A stretch of 56,843 bases of DNA from the IMG/VR virus record IMGVR_UViG_3300037424_001259, positions 1-56,843 of that record. One strand, written 5' to 3'. Position 1 is the stretch's first letter, and every line of letters starts with the position of its first letter. Positions 16,897 through 26,254 of this stretch are shown piece after piece. Below the pieces are notes generated by a model. It did not search any database, had not been told where the DNA came from, and saw only the letters and a program-made list of their open reading frames with translations. The DNA is from a virus (lineage: Duplodnaviria > Caudoviricetes). The position numbers and the translations under genes were made by a program.

Positions 16897-17391
16897 ATGG
16901 AAAGAATACTGATCGAAGCTGACGAAGTGAGGGCCAAGAAGTTCACCCTGCTTCAGCGGGACCAGGCTGCGGCCACGGAGGTTGTTCCTCTGTCCGGGGT
17001 CATCCTCAAGAGTCCGGTGCTGACTCTCGCTGTTGCGACCGGCACTGCCCAGAAGATGATCGACATCCCCGTCGGGATGAAGGTCACGAAGGTCATCCAT
17101 GTTCAGGGCACTGCTGCCAGCGACAAGGTCCACACCATGACCATCGGCGATCAGGCTGGGTCGACGACCGGGCCGACCGGAAGCACCGGTGACGTTGACG
17201 GATGGGACACATCGGTTGATGCCGCCGGTGCTGCCGGAACAGAAGTCGTTGGCGACGGGGCCTACGCCGCCAGCGCCGCGAACATCGGCCTGGCTTACAC
17301 CGTGGCGGGTTCAATCTACGCGGTTCACACCGTGACGGCTGGGCCGGCGACAACCGGCACGCACTACCTCGTGGTCCACGGGTACATGTAG
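16897..17391 (+). CDS. Second decoration-like virion protein
   Basis: Similar fold cues (IPVGMKV, GDVDGW); strong SD. Confidence 0.6.
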   Translation: MERILIEADEVRAKKFTLLQRDQAAATEVVPLSGVILKSPVLTLAVATGTAQKMIDIPVGMKVTKVIHVQGTAASDKVHTMTIGDQAGSTTGPTGSTGDVDGWDTSVDAAGAAGTEVVGDGAYAASAANIGLAYTVAGSIYAVHTVTAGPATTGTHYLVVHGYM

Positions 17392-17402
17392 AATACGGAA
17401 TC

Positions 17403-17440
17403 GGGCGGGGGCTTGCATTTGATGGACGCGGCCCCCGCCC
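17403..17440 (+). terminator. Strong hairpin after the capsid genes (terminator or mRNA stabiliser)
   Basis: GGGCGGGGGC...GCCCCCGCCC 10-bp stem; no U-tract. Confidence 0.4.
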
Positions 17441-17459
17441 ATCCACAACAGGAGGGATT

Positions 17460-17912
17460 ATGAGCGACGAGCACCTGGATTACGTTCCTGAAGCACCCCT
17501 GCCGCCGATCGAAAAGTGCGCCTACCTCATCAGGAAGGGCGAGAAGCCCCGGGCGGACCGCGGCAATATCTTCGCCTACCGTGAGAGCCTGGCGATGAAG
17601 CCCAACAAGTTTGAACCGTTCCGCGGGAAGCTGCCGGAACTGACAACGAAGGTCTTCGGGAAGAGTACCGTCGGCGCCCTGAAGCCTGATCCCCTGAAGA
17701 ACGTCAACACTGTCGAGCCGACCGAAGACGATCTGAAACAGGTCCTGCTCTTCACGGCGTTCGATAACCTCGAGCCTGCGGACATCGGGGGCAAGGGGTT
17801 CCCGCTGCTCGAGAGAGTCCGCGCCATCTCCGGCATCGATGATCTGAGCGCAGAAACTCTTCGCTCCTCGTGGGCGGAGTACAAGGAAGCAAACAAATCC
17901 GGAAGGGAGTAG
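17460..17912 (+). CDS. Hypothetical protein (head module)
   Basis: GGAGG SD and operon position. Confidence 0.65.
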   Translation: MSDEHLDYVPEAPLPPIEKCAYLIRKGEKPRADRGNIFAYRESLAMKPNKFEPFRGKLPELTTKVFGKSTVGALKPDPLKNVNTVEPTEDDLKQVLLFTAFDNLEPADIGGKGFPLLERVRAISGIDDLSAETLRSSWAEYKEANKSGRE

Positions 17913-17918
17913 TGTGAA

Positions 17919-18359
17919 ATGAAGAGGATCCTGGCAGTTCTTTTGACGGCAGTTCTGTGCGTTCTCCCGGCTGCTGCCTTCGCTGCCGGGACTTGCGCGG
18001 TCACGACCACATGGATCCCCGGCCAGAACGTAAAGCGCGTGCAGGTTGCGTGGACTTCCGCGACGGGCGGGGAAGTCTGGTGCGAACTCGGCGAGGCCGT
18101 TAACGGCAAGGTCTTCTCGGTCAAGACAGATCCGGCAGCAGGCGATGACGCGCCGACCGACAACTACGATGCGTATGTTAAGGACTACGATTCGTCATTC
18201 AACTACCTCTCGACGACGCTGGAAAATCGAGATACAGCGAGCGTTGAAATGATCGCGCCTGCAGACGTGCCGATGTATGAGTCCGTTGGTTTCAGCGTAT
18301 CGGCAGCGGGCGATTTGAACAAAGGCGACTGCTTCCTCTATATTGAGGTGCCCAAGTAA
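17919..18359 (+). CDS. Virion-module protein with a Sec signal peptide
   Basis: MKRILAVLLTAVLCVLPAAAFA signal with AxA cleavage site; APTDNYD motif. Confidence 0.7.
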   Translation: MKRILAVLLTAVLCVLPAAAFAAGTCAVTTTWIPGQNVKRVQVAWTSATGGEVWCELGEAVNGKVFSVKTDPAAGDDAPTDNYDAYVKDYDSSFNYLSTTLENRDTASVEMIAPADVPMYESVGFSVSAAGDLNKGDCFLYIEVPK

Positions 18360-18835
18360 TGGCCGAGCGAAAGCAGTACATCAAGGCTGGGCTCGCAACC
18401 GCTTCGGGCCTCATCTTGCTTGGTGTCCTCGCTTTCGAGACTGGCCTCTGGCGCACGCAGAAGGCACAGTCGCCCCATTACCGGGCGGATGCGTGCATGG
18501 TCTGCCACACAGCGGAGGATACCTCGACGCTCAAGGCCGACGAGCTTGCGCTCTGCACCTCGTGCCACGAGCGGGAGGGCGACGTCATCGTCCCCAACTC
18601 CGAGGGCGAGAGCATCACTGTCGATCTCGGCCTTTCTCACCCGTTTGGCGTTCCGGTGACTGCCAGCAATGCCCCGGCCACGCTGCCACTGAACAACGGA
18701 GCGATCACCTGCCAGACCTGTCACGATGTGCATCTGAGTAATGTCGAAAGCCATATGCTGCGCCTGTACGGGGCGCAAGCCAACGGGCTTCCTGACTGGA
18801 CGCCGCTTTGTCACGACTGTCATCCGGGATACTGA
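18359..18835 (+). CDS. Tetraheme c-type cytochrome (paired-CXXCH type), membrane-anchored
   Basis: Four CxxCH motifs (CMVCH, CTSCH, CQTCH, CHDCH), four extra His, and an N-terminal hydrophobic anchor. Confidence 0.9.
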   Translation: MAERKQYIKAGLATASGLILLGVLAFETGLWRTQKAQSPHYRADACMVCHTAEDTSTLKADELALCTSCHEREGDVIVPNSEGESITVDLGLSHPFGVPVTASNAPATLPLNNGAITCQTCHDVHLSNVESHMLRLYGAQANGLPDWTPLCHDCHPGY

Positions 18836-18839
18836 GACG

Positions 18840-19190
18840 ATGGCCATCACTTACTTTGCCATTACCAGCACTTCGAGCGAGGGCGGGCCAACGGAGAATC
18901 TCGACACGCCCGCTGCTGTGGCTGCGAAGGCATTCGGCATCGTGCATATCTGGACCGAGGGCACCCCGGCAACGCCGAGTGACAAGTGGGTAGTGGTGGG
19001 TGATGGCATCCTCACCGGGGACTCGGCGCGATTGCGTTCGATCCCGGTGCAGCTAAAGCAGAGAATGCTTGCGTCATTACAGGCGCAGATGGATGTCTCG
19101 CGGGCGCAGTTAGCCGACTACGGGCTGTCTCTGCGGCGCGGGTTCTGTGTTGACATCAAGCTATCTGCTGCCGACGTGGGTGCGCTATGA
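18840..19190 (+). CDS. Hypothetical protein
   Basis: ATG 4 nt after the cytochrome stop; coupled downstream. Confidence 0.55.
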   Translation: MAITYFAITSTSSEGGPTENLDTPAAVAAKAFGIVHIWTEGTPATPSDKWVVVGDGILTGDSARLRSIPVQLKQRMLASLQAQMDVSRAQLADYGLSLRRGFCVDIKLSAADVGAL

Positions 19191-19747
19191 GCATTTCACG
19201 CGAGGTACCGAACTCTGATTCCGGTAGTGGTTTATGGGAATTTTCTTCTGGCTCAACTGCGTGGAATTTACTGGACGAAGATCCACATGATAGTGACGGA
19301 ACGTATCTGTTTTGCTCATATGTCGGCCAAGTCGTTCTCTGTTACAAGCAAACAGACCAAGTGCCGGTTGGCGAGGCTATTAATAAAGTTTCCGTGGTCG
19401 TGGTGGGTAAGGTTGCATCCGGGACGGAATACTGGACTCCACGTATTCGGCTAGGGAACCCAAACAGCGACCGCTGGGGCGCGCAATATCAAATCGGCGC
19501 GTCCTATGCCGAGTACAAGACAGATTGGCTGACCAACCCTGCGACGGGTGCGGCGTGGACTTACGATGAAGTAGAAAAAGTCGGCGCGACGGCCAACACG
19601 CTCGACCTGATTGGGACTCAGAATGGCAGCAGTTATGAAGTAGCCCGGCTGACACAACTACTGCTTGAAATTAGTAGCGATACCCCGCCCGCCTTCACCC
19701 CCGCGTGGGCCGTGCGTCAGCAAAGCTCAATCATCGGAGGGCGATAA
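19187..19747 (+). CDS. Putative virion beta-sandwich protein
   Basis: W.TNPATGAAWT motif seen in phage structural and fibre modules. Confidence 0.6.
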   Translation: MSISREVPNSDSGSGLWEFSSGSTAWNLLDEDPHDSDGTYLFCSYVGQVVLCYKQTDQVPVGEAINKVSVVVVGKVASGTEYWTPRIRLGNPNSDRWGAQYQIGASYAEYKTDWLTNPATGAAWTYDEVEKVGATANTLDLIGTQNGSSYEVARLTQLLLEISSDTPPAFTPAWAVRQQSSIIGGR

Positions 19748-19750
19748 CTA

Positions 19751-22054
19751 ATGTACCCAAAAAACGCAGCGAGCCCTCCGCGCATCAGCGTCGGGGCGGT
19801 AGTGCAGATTTCCGATGGCGCCGTGCAGACCTCCGGCGTGAGCATCAAGGTGCGCCCCGAGGGCGGGACCGCCTCGGCAGGGAGTAACTCCCCGGTCTAC
19901 GAAGAGGGTATTGTGCTCTACACGCCGACGCAGGCCGAGACCAACTACACGGCGTTCGTGGTGCTGGCCTATAAGACCGGGTGCATTCCGGTGGCGCAGA
20001 CCATCGTGACTACGGCCAGCTCGACGGCGGGCAAGGTGGACGTCTCGCACGTTGGCGGCACGGCGCAGACGGCCGGGGACATTTGCGCGGCAATCATTAC
20101 CAACGCCGCAGGGACCGATATCGCCGCTGACATCATTGCGCTCAAGTCTGATACTGCGGCGATCTTGATGGACACCGGCACTGATGGCGTGGTCCTCCCA
20201 CAGGCGCAAGCCGATAAGGTGTGGGGCACTGCGGCTCGTACGCTCACGGCGTTCTCGTTCACCGTGGCTGCCGATCTCGTTTCGATCCTCGGCACCGCTC
20301 TCACCGAGACGGCGGGGTACCTTGCGGCAGCGTTCAAGAAGTTCTTCAACGTAAGCGAAACCGCCACCCCCGCCGCCTCTGCCGTTGCGCTCGAAGCAAC
20401 AAGTGGGAGCATCGTCTCTACGCTGGGGATAGCCGGCGACGGACTTACAGTCCTTGCCTCCAGCGCCCAGGCGCAGCAGATTGTCACGAATACCAACCTG
20501 CTGTATACGGCGATCCTGTCGAACATTGGCGTCTCGCCGCAGGGCTGGGACGGTTCGCAGGCCACACCCGTCGTAATTGAGTTCTCTGGCACGGCGAGCG
20601 GGTCGTTTTGCTTCTGCCTGTACAGCGGCGCTCCGCTGTTCTACTGGGACGCTGGAACCGGGGTAATCACCCCCGAGGCGTCTTTCACGGCTGGTCCGTG
20701 GGCTGACGACGGCATCCTGTCGCTGGACTACGGCACAGCCGCGACCATATCTGTGGGCGGCGCGCTGACGCTGACCGTCAAGGACTCGACCGGAACCGCC
20801 AAGACGTTCGAGTGGGTGCTCCCCGCCATCGCCAACGCCAGCGGCTGGTATCCAATCATCCTGACGCACGACGGACGCGGGTTTGCCTACAGCGCGAACG
20901 GCTGGGGCTATCTGACGCTCGCCGCTCCGCTGACTGCCGCGCAGACCCGCACGGCTCTCGGGCTGGCGAGCGCGAACCTCGATACGCAACTCGCGGCGCC
21001 AGTCACCCTCGCCAACGGCGCGCACGGCGGCGCGGCGGCGACCCTGGCACTCAAGTCCGTTGTCGTGAACAACAACAGCGGCGTGGGGGTGGATATTCAG
21101 GGCACGGTGCAAGGGTTAAAGGTAGTTGGGTCTGCGGGTGATGGGGCGGAGTTTTCCTCGTCCGCAGCCGATGGATTCGGGATTGTTGCCGTCGGCACTG
21201 GTGTTGGCGACGGCCTTTACGTACAAGGCGGCACAACTGGAAGTGGGCTTAATGCTGCAGGTGGGGTAGCCGGTGTGGGTGCCCTGTTTGAAGGCGGTGG
21301 GAGTAATAAAGAAGGTTTAAAGGTTCTTGGCAAAGGCACCGCATCAGGGGTCTACGTGCAGGGTGGTGCGACCAATGGCAATGGTCTTCTTGCGGAAGGT
21401 CAAGGCACCGGCAAGGACATCAACGCCCCTGATAGTGACATTAGCCTCACCTTGAAAAATGGTGTGACGCATGGTGGTGCTACTGCGGTGCTGCAACTCG
21501 AGCGTGTCATCGTAGCAAGTACGACCACCAATGAACCAGGGGTCAAGATAACTGGCAACGGCTACGGTGACGGTATTAGTACTGAGGGTGGTGCCGATAA
21601 TGGGTCTGGGCTTCGCGCCACCGGCGGCGGTGTTGTGGGAGTGGGCATTGAAGCTATAGGCGCCGTGGGTACGACCCCGAATGGCGGCAATGGTTTGGTC
21701 TGCGCAGGATACGGGGCAGGAAATGGGATTCACACTATGGTTACGGGGTCCGGCAGTGGTATTTTAGCGATAGGCGGGGAAACTAACGGCTCTGGGATAA
21801 TGGCGCGAGGGTTTGCTGTGGGGTCTGGACTTCATGTTACCGGCGGCAACGGTGGGGGCACTGGTGATGGCCTCTATGCCCGCAGTCAGGGCACCGGCAA
21901 GGACATCAACGCGCCGGACAGCGACATCGGTGTTACTGGCGGCGCCGGCCTCACCGCCCAGCAAACCCGTGATGCGCTGAAGCTGCCTCCGAGTGCGGGC
22001 GCGCCGGCCGCGGGGTCGATAGACAGCCTGCTCAACACGATCAAGGCGGAGTAG
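19751..22054 (+). CDS. Gly-rich fibre/spike-like structural protein
   Basis: 767 aa with GxG beta-helix-like repeats and a duplicated QGTGKDINAPDSDI. Confidence 0.65.
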   Translation: MYPKNAASPPRISVGAVVQISDGAVQTSGVSIKVRPEGGTASAGSNSPVYEEGIVLYTPTQAETNYTAFVVLAYKTGCIPVAQTIVTTASSTAGKVDVSHVGGTAQTAGDICAAIITNAAGTDIAADIIALKSDTAAILMDTGTDGVVLPQAQADKVWGTAARTLTAFSFTVAADLVSILGTALTETAGYLAAAFKKFFNVSETATPAASAVALEATSGSIVSTLGIAGDGLTVLASSAQAQQIVTNTNLLYTAILSNIGVSPQGWDGSQATPVVIEFSGTASGSFCFCLYSGAPLFYWDAGTGVITPEASFTAGPWADDGILSLDYGTAATISVGGALTLTVKDSTGTAKTFEWVLPAIANASGWYPIILTHDGRGFAYSANGWGYLTLAAPLTAAQTRTALGLASANLDTQLAAPVTLANGAHGGAAATLALKSVVVNNNSGVGVDIQGTVQGLKVVGSAGDGAEFSSSAADGFGIVAVGTGVGDGLYVQGGTTGSGLNAAGGVAGVGALFEGGGSNKEGLKVLGKGTASGVYVQGGATNGNGLLAEGQGTGKDINAPDSDISLTLKNGVTHGGATAVLQLERVIVASTTTNEPGVKITGNGYGDGISTEGGADNGSGLRATGGGVVGVGIEAIGAVGTTPNGGNGLVCAGYGAGNGIHTMVTGSGSGILAIGGETNGSGIMARGFAVGSGLHVTGGNGGGTGDGLYARSQGTGKDINAPDSDIGVTGGAGLTAQQTRDALKLPPSAGAPAAGSIDSLLNTIKAE

Positions 22055-22057
22055 ACG

Positions 22058-23068
22058 ATGAAAGCGCGACTTCAGTTTGAGCGTACCGACACCGCGATCA
22101 CGCTTGGCGCCCTGACGATCAACAAGCTGCGGCTCAAGAGCGACCCGACCACGGAGCACAGCGTCGACTTGATGGTCGGTGCGACGCTGGAGAATGCGGG
22201 ATACGGCGAATACTACCTCAACTGCCCGCTCGTCACATCCGAAGGAACGGTTGACGTTGAAGTCACCGGCTTCCCCGCACGTTTCGATACCGGGCAGTTC
22301 GAGTATTGGGCCAGCGGCTACGCCGGGGCGGCGGACACGGGCGGACCTGTGGCGGGGTCGTACACCCTGGGGCAGCTTGTCACCAAGTATCGCCGCAGGC
22401 TTGTTGACGAGATCGGCACGCCCCTCTGGTCGGATGATGAATTCACAGAATTCATCGACATGCTGCAGAAGATGATCTGCGCGGACTTCCGCATTCTGGA
22501 GGATCGAAGCACGACCTCCGTCTGCTCGGTTGATCTCGTGCAGGGCAGTGGTTTGGTATCTGTCAGCCCGCGGATCACGCACATCGTGCGCGGTCGGGTC
22601 GACGGGGAGACCGCCTTTCTGACGCTCAAAACCTCCGCTGAAATGGACGACGAATACGGCGCGGACTGGGAGTCCGCTTCCGTCACGCAGGATATGCCGA
22701 CGATTCTCGTGACCAAGGGCATGGGGCTGAACAAGGTCTACCTCTACCCGCCGTTGGATGTGGTGGCCGGGGGAACGTTGAAGCTCGCGGTTTACCGCCT
22801 CCCGCTGGTGGACCTGGACTACACCACTCACAACGCGCAGTACCTCGAGATCGATAAGTACGTACACCTGCTGTTCAACGGCGTCATGTGGCAGGCGTAC
22901 TTGAAGCAGGATGCCGACACGTATGATCCGAAGAAAGCCGAGCAGCACCGTGTGTTTTGGGAAGGGAAGGATGGAAGCGGCGGCGACAAGGACAAGATTC
23001 AGCGCATGGTGTTGCGGGAGCATGTTCGTGAAGGGCAGAGCGTTCCGCACTACGGGCTAGTGTGTTAG
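22058..23068 (+). CDS. Head-tail adaptor (tail tubular protein A-like) with N-terminal extension
   Basis: RRRLVD...LWSDDEF, LYPP, L.VYRLP and AYLKQDADTYDPKKA motifs. Confidence 0.75.
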   Translation: MKARLQFERTDTAITLGALTINKLRLKSDPTTEHSVDLMVGATLENAGYGEYYLNCPLVTSEGTVDVEVTGFPARFDTGQFEYWASGYAGAADTGGPVAGSYTLGQLVTKYRRRLVDEIGTPLWSDDEFTEFIDMLQKMICADFRILEDRSTTSVCSVDLVQGSGLVSVSPRITHIVRGRVDGETAFLTLKTSAEMDDEYGADWESASVTQDMPTILVTKGMGLNKVYLYPPLDVVAGGTLKLAVYRLPLVDLDYTTHNAQYLEIDKYVHLLFNGVMWQAYLKQDADTYDPKKAEQHRVFWEGKDGSGGDKDKIQRMVLREHVREGQSVPHYGLVC

Positions 23069-23084
23069 CGCAAAGGAGCGAGCA

Positions 23085-23702
23085 ATGAATGTCTACTTTT
23101 CGGTCCCGTCGAATTTTCGAGCAAATTTGCTGAACGCGAATTTGGACTTCGGCGTTGATACGTTCAAGGCGCTGTTGATGCGGGCTAGTTTTTCCTTTAG
23201 CTCTGTGAACCACGCCGCGCTCAAGAACGTCAAGACGAACACCGGCGCGATCGCGTACTACGTGACCGCGGCCACCAAGACCTTTACGCGAGCAAGCGGG
23301 AGCTTCGTCACGGATGGGTTCGTGGTCGGGAACTACATCTCCACGAACGGGACCAACGTCGGAGTCTACGTGGTGCGCGCAGTGACGGCGCTCACGATGC
23401 GGGTGGATCTCGTCGGTGCGGCGACGCTTGTCGATGAGGGGACTGTCGGAGCGCCTGTCACGTTCACCATCACCAGCGAAGATGAGTACGCCACGGCGGA
23501 TGGCTACACCAGGGGTGGCCTTACGGTGACATTCGCGCTGACCGGGTCTACGCTGACGCTTGTCACCTCGTCGTTCGACTGGGGCGACTTTGGTTCGGCA
23601 GCACTGCTGCTGTCGCCCGGAGTGATCATCTACGATGACACAAGCAGCGCGGACGATATTGTGGCCTACGCGAAGCTCTCGCCGTGGACAGTGTCGTTCT
23701 GA
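23085..23702 (+). CDS. Tail/virion protein
   Basis: DFGVDTFKALLM ... GYTRGG.T ... IIYDDT pattern. Confidence 0.6.
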   Translation: MNVYFSVPSNFRANLLNANLDFGVDTFKALLMRASFSFSSVNHAALKNVKTNTGAIAYYVTAATKTFTRASGSFVTDGFVVGNYISTNGTNVGVYVVRAVTALTMRVDLVGAATLVDEGTVGAPVTFTITSEDEYATADGYTRGGLTVTFALTGSTLTLVTSSFDWGDFGSAALLLSPGVIIYDDTSSADDIVAYAKLSPWTVSF

Positions 23703-23911
23703 TGGGCACTCTCGTAGTCGAGATTATCGAGCCGGACGTGCGGGAGAAGTTGCGTGGCGAGTTGCCGTTCTGCAAGAAATGCGGGTTCGAGATGCTGCCC
23801 ACGGACGACTGGGACAGGAAAGCGAAACCGCATCTCAAGTGCGTGGGAAAAGGCTGCGACGATCGGGGCAAAGTGATCGACGCGAAAGACTGGGAGAAGC
23901 GAAATGGGTAA
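23702..23911 (+). CDS. Small zinc-finger protein
   Basis: FCKKCG ... CVGKGC; TGATG coupling. Confidence 0.55.
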   Translation: MGTLVVEIIEPDVREKLRGELPFCKKCGFEMLPTDDWDRKAKPHLKCVGKGCDDRGKVIDAKDWEKRNG

Positions 23912-24137
23912 CTCCGGGGCTGGGATCAGCGGCAGAGTGGAGATCCACATGCCGGAAATCGAGGCGCGAACCCTTGAGGAGTGGTACGCACTTTTCCCGT
24001 GTTGTCCTGCGTGCGGGCAGAAGATGGCGCCGTGCAGGAAAAGCTGGAGGGGCGGCTGTAAGCCGCACAAGATCGGCTGCACCAACAAAGCATGCAAGGC
24101 GCGCTTCAAGGGAGGTCTGAAAGAAAATGAGTGGTAA
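23904..24137 (+). CDS. Small zinc-finger protein
   Basis: CPACG ... CTNKAC. Confidence 0.5.
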   Translation: MGNSGAGISGRVEIHMPEIEARTLEEWYALFPCCPACGQKMAPCRKSWRGGCKPHKIGCTNKACKARFKGGLKENEW

Positions 24138-24681
24138 CATCGGAATCCACGGGATAATCCACGTCGTAGCTACCGATCCCGAAACGGGCGACATTACATA
24201 CGACAGCGGGCTCGTCAAAAACACGGTCACTAAGGCTGGCGTACAGATGCTGCTGTACTCCCTTGCTGGGGGCGCGGCCAATGTGGATAGCATTACCGGC
24301 GGCGTCACTGGTATAACCGAGGCGGACTACGTGACGCGGATAGCTGTTGGAGAGGCGGACACAGGACTGGACACTGCTGCGGAGCGCTACGATTCAGTGG
24401 ACGTGTCCGCGCAGATGGCGGATGAAGAGGTTGTCAACGCCACGGACTACAAGACAACCATCACCATGGTCTCTACGTACGACCACGCCGACGGCTCATA
24501 CGTTCGGTTCAAGGCCAAGTTCACCGGCTTCACTACTGAGACCCTAGCGTGGGTGGCGTTGGAAGCCGGTTCTTTGGGCGCTGACCCGCTGGCCGTAAAT
24601 CTGATCACCCCATTCACCCCCGGCGCTGCGCAGGTTGACGTGACGTACACCATCTATATCACGCAGGACACCGAGGCCTAA
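24127..24681 (+). CDS. Tail fibre collar-like protein
   Basis: KNTVTKAG, IAVG and terminal VTYTI motifs. Confidence 0.6.
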   Translation: MSGNIGIHGIIHVVATDPETGDITYDSGLVKNTVTKAGVQMLLYSLAGGAANVDSITGGVTGITEADYVTRIAVGEADTGLDTAAERYDSVDVSAQMADEEVVNATDYKTTITMVSTYDHADGSYVRFKAKFTGFTTETLAWVALEAGSLGADPLAVNLITPFTPGAAQVDVTYTIYITQDTEA

Positions 24682-24683
24682 AA

Positions 24684-26252
24684 ATGGGGCGGAAGAGGCG
24701 TGTAGGCGACGACGTCTTCACGCTGGATTTGCTTACGGCACGGGGGGAGGCGCGGATCAGGTTCGCCAAGGCCATGGTGGCGTTTCCCGGGGCAAGCGAG
24801 TCCGACAAATTCTTCAGCGACCTTATTCGCAAGGCGCTCGTCTCGCGCGTGACGCGAAGTGCTGGTGGCGGCATTCTGAGAACCCGCGGCGAGGACATCT
24901 TTGCAGCGGCCCATCTTCCTGGCAAGGCGGAGCACATCGTTATCCCGCCCTTCGTGGATGTAGATATCCCGTCGTCGGAACCGCCGGAGGTTGTGACTGT
25001 GCAGGCCGTGATGTTCTACCCGATCTTCGTTAGTGATAAGCTCTTTGTTAGCTCCTCTGCGTCTAACATCCCCTTTGCGGCGATGAGTCGGTTGGGCATC
25101 CGCAGCGACGGCGTTGCCGCCATTCCCGTCCTGATTTCGAGTTCTCTCGTTTCGCGCTCCGCATCCGCGTACGCCAAAGCTGCGAGCGTCGCCGAACACC
25201 TGCGCGCTTGGAGTGCCGCGGGGTACGTGGATGTAACGCTGGTCTCCAGCAGAATTCGGGCTTCGTCAAACGGCCAGCCTACCGATATCGTGAACGTCTC
25301 CGACCGGCTGACGACCTCTACTGGGGACCCCGGGCTGCTCGAAATCCTTTACCTGACCCCGGATGACCACATCAAGGGCAAATCCGCAATTACTTACACG
25401 ACGAGCGGCGTAGTTCAACTGACCCCGCACGACCACATGGCGCGCGTCAAGTCGAGCGTCTACATAAAACCGACCATCAGCCTAACGCGGCTTGGGATGA
25501 ACGCATTTGAATACGGCGAAGTCCCGCAGTATTTCCGCTTCTCGCGGGTGGGCGATCTTGGTCCGCTGACTGTTCACTACGAGTTGATGAGCCAAGCCCG
25601 CGCCGTCGAATTATACGGCACCGGCCTCTACCAGTATTTCCACGCCACTCCCGGCACCGACTATGAAACGCTTTCACCATACGAGGTGGAGTTCGCGCAA
25701 GGCGAGACGTACGTCGATGTGGCCGTTACACCAAACAACGATTCCACTCTCGAGATCATAGAGTCGGTGTTCGTCGAATTGGTAGCTAACAGTGCCTACT
25801 ACATCCATCCGTCCAGCTACTACTCGCGGATCGGCATCATCAACAACCCGCCCTCGTCCGGGACCCTGGCGCTTAACTACAGCGCGGAGAGCGCGCTCGG
25901 GTACGAGTGGGGCGCGCGACATCTTTCGTCACTGACCAGGGTTGGCACGGACGGCGGAGTCACTCCGCACCATGGGAGTTACCAGATAAAGACAGTCGGC
26001 GACGACAGTACACCCACTGGGGGAAACTCAGCTACCTACCAAGCAGCTTTGAGTTGCGCCCAACTAGAACCCGGCAAGACATACAACATTTATATGTGGT
26101 ACAGCGTAGACGGCGGTGGGTGGGTTGATTCAGCGGTTTTAGAATTTACTCCCCCCGATTATGTTATTGTGACTTTTGGTGTCTACCACTCCAGTTTTAC
26201 GCAAAACAACCACACCGTGTACTACGATGAAGTAACGGTCGAGGAGGTATAG
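24684..26252 (+). CDS. Virion protein with a Calx-beta/Ig-like domain
   Basis: F.FSR.GD...LTVHY....ATPGTDY....V.FAQGET.VDV.VTP.ND...E..ESV.VEL. Confidence 0.65.
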   Translation: MGRKRRVGDDVFTLDLLTARGEARIRFAKAMVAFPGASESDKFFSDLIRKALVSRVTRSAGGGILRTRGEDIFAAAHLPGKAEHIVIPPFVDVDIPSSEPPEVVTVQAVMFYPIFVSDKLFVSSSASNIPFAAMSRLGIRSDGVAAIPVLISSSLVSRSASAYAKAASVAEHLRAWSAAGYVDVTLVSSRIRASSNGQPTDIVNVSDRLTTSTGDPGLLEILYLTPDDHIKGKSAITYTTSGVVQLTPHDHMARVKSSVYIKPTISLTRLGMNAFEYGEVPQYFRFSRVGDLGPLTVHYELMSQARAVELYGTGLYQYFHATPGTDYETLSPYEVEFAQGETYVDVAVTPNNDSTLEIIESVFVELVANSAYYIHPSSYYSRIGIINNPPSSGTLALNYSAESALGYEWGARHLSSLTRVGTDGGVTPHHGSYQIKTVGDDSTPTGGNSATYQAALSCAQLEPGKTYNIYMWYSVDGGGWVDSAVLEFTPPDYVIVTFGVYHSSFTQNNHTVYYDEVTVEEV

Positions 26253-26254
26253 CG

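Noticed and set aside
15223-23050. Long antisense ORFs (e.g. 15223-16275, 19748-21112, 21764-23050)
   Set aside because: They are shadows of GC-rich sense genes, with no motifs or SD.
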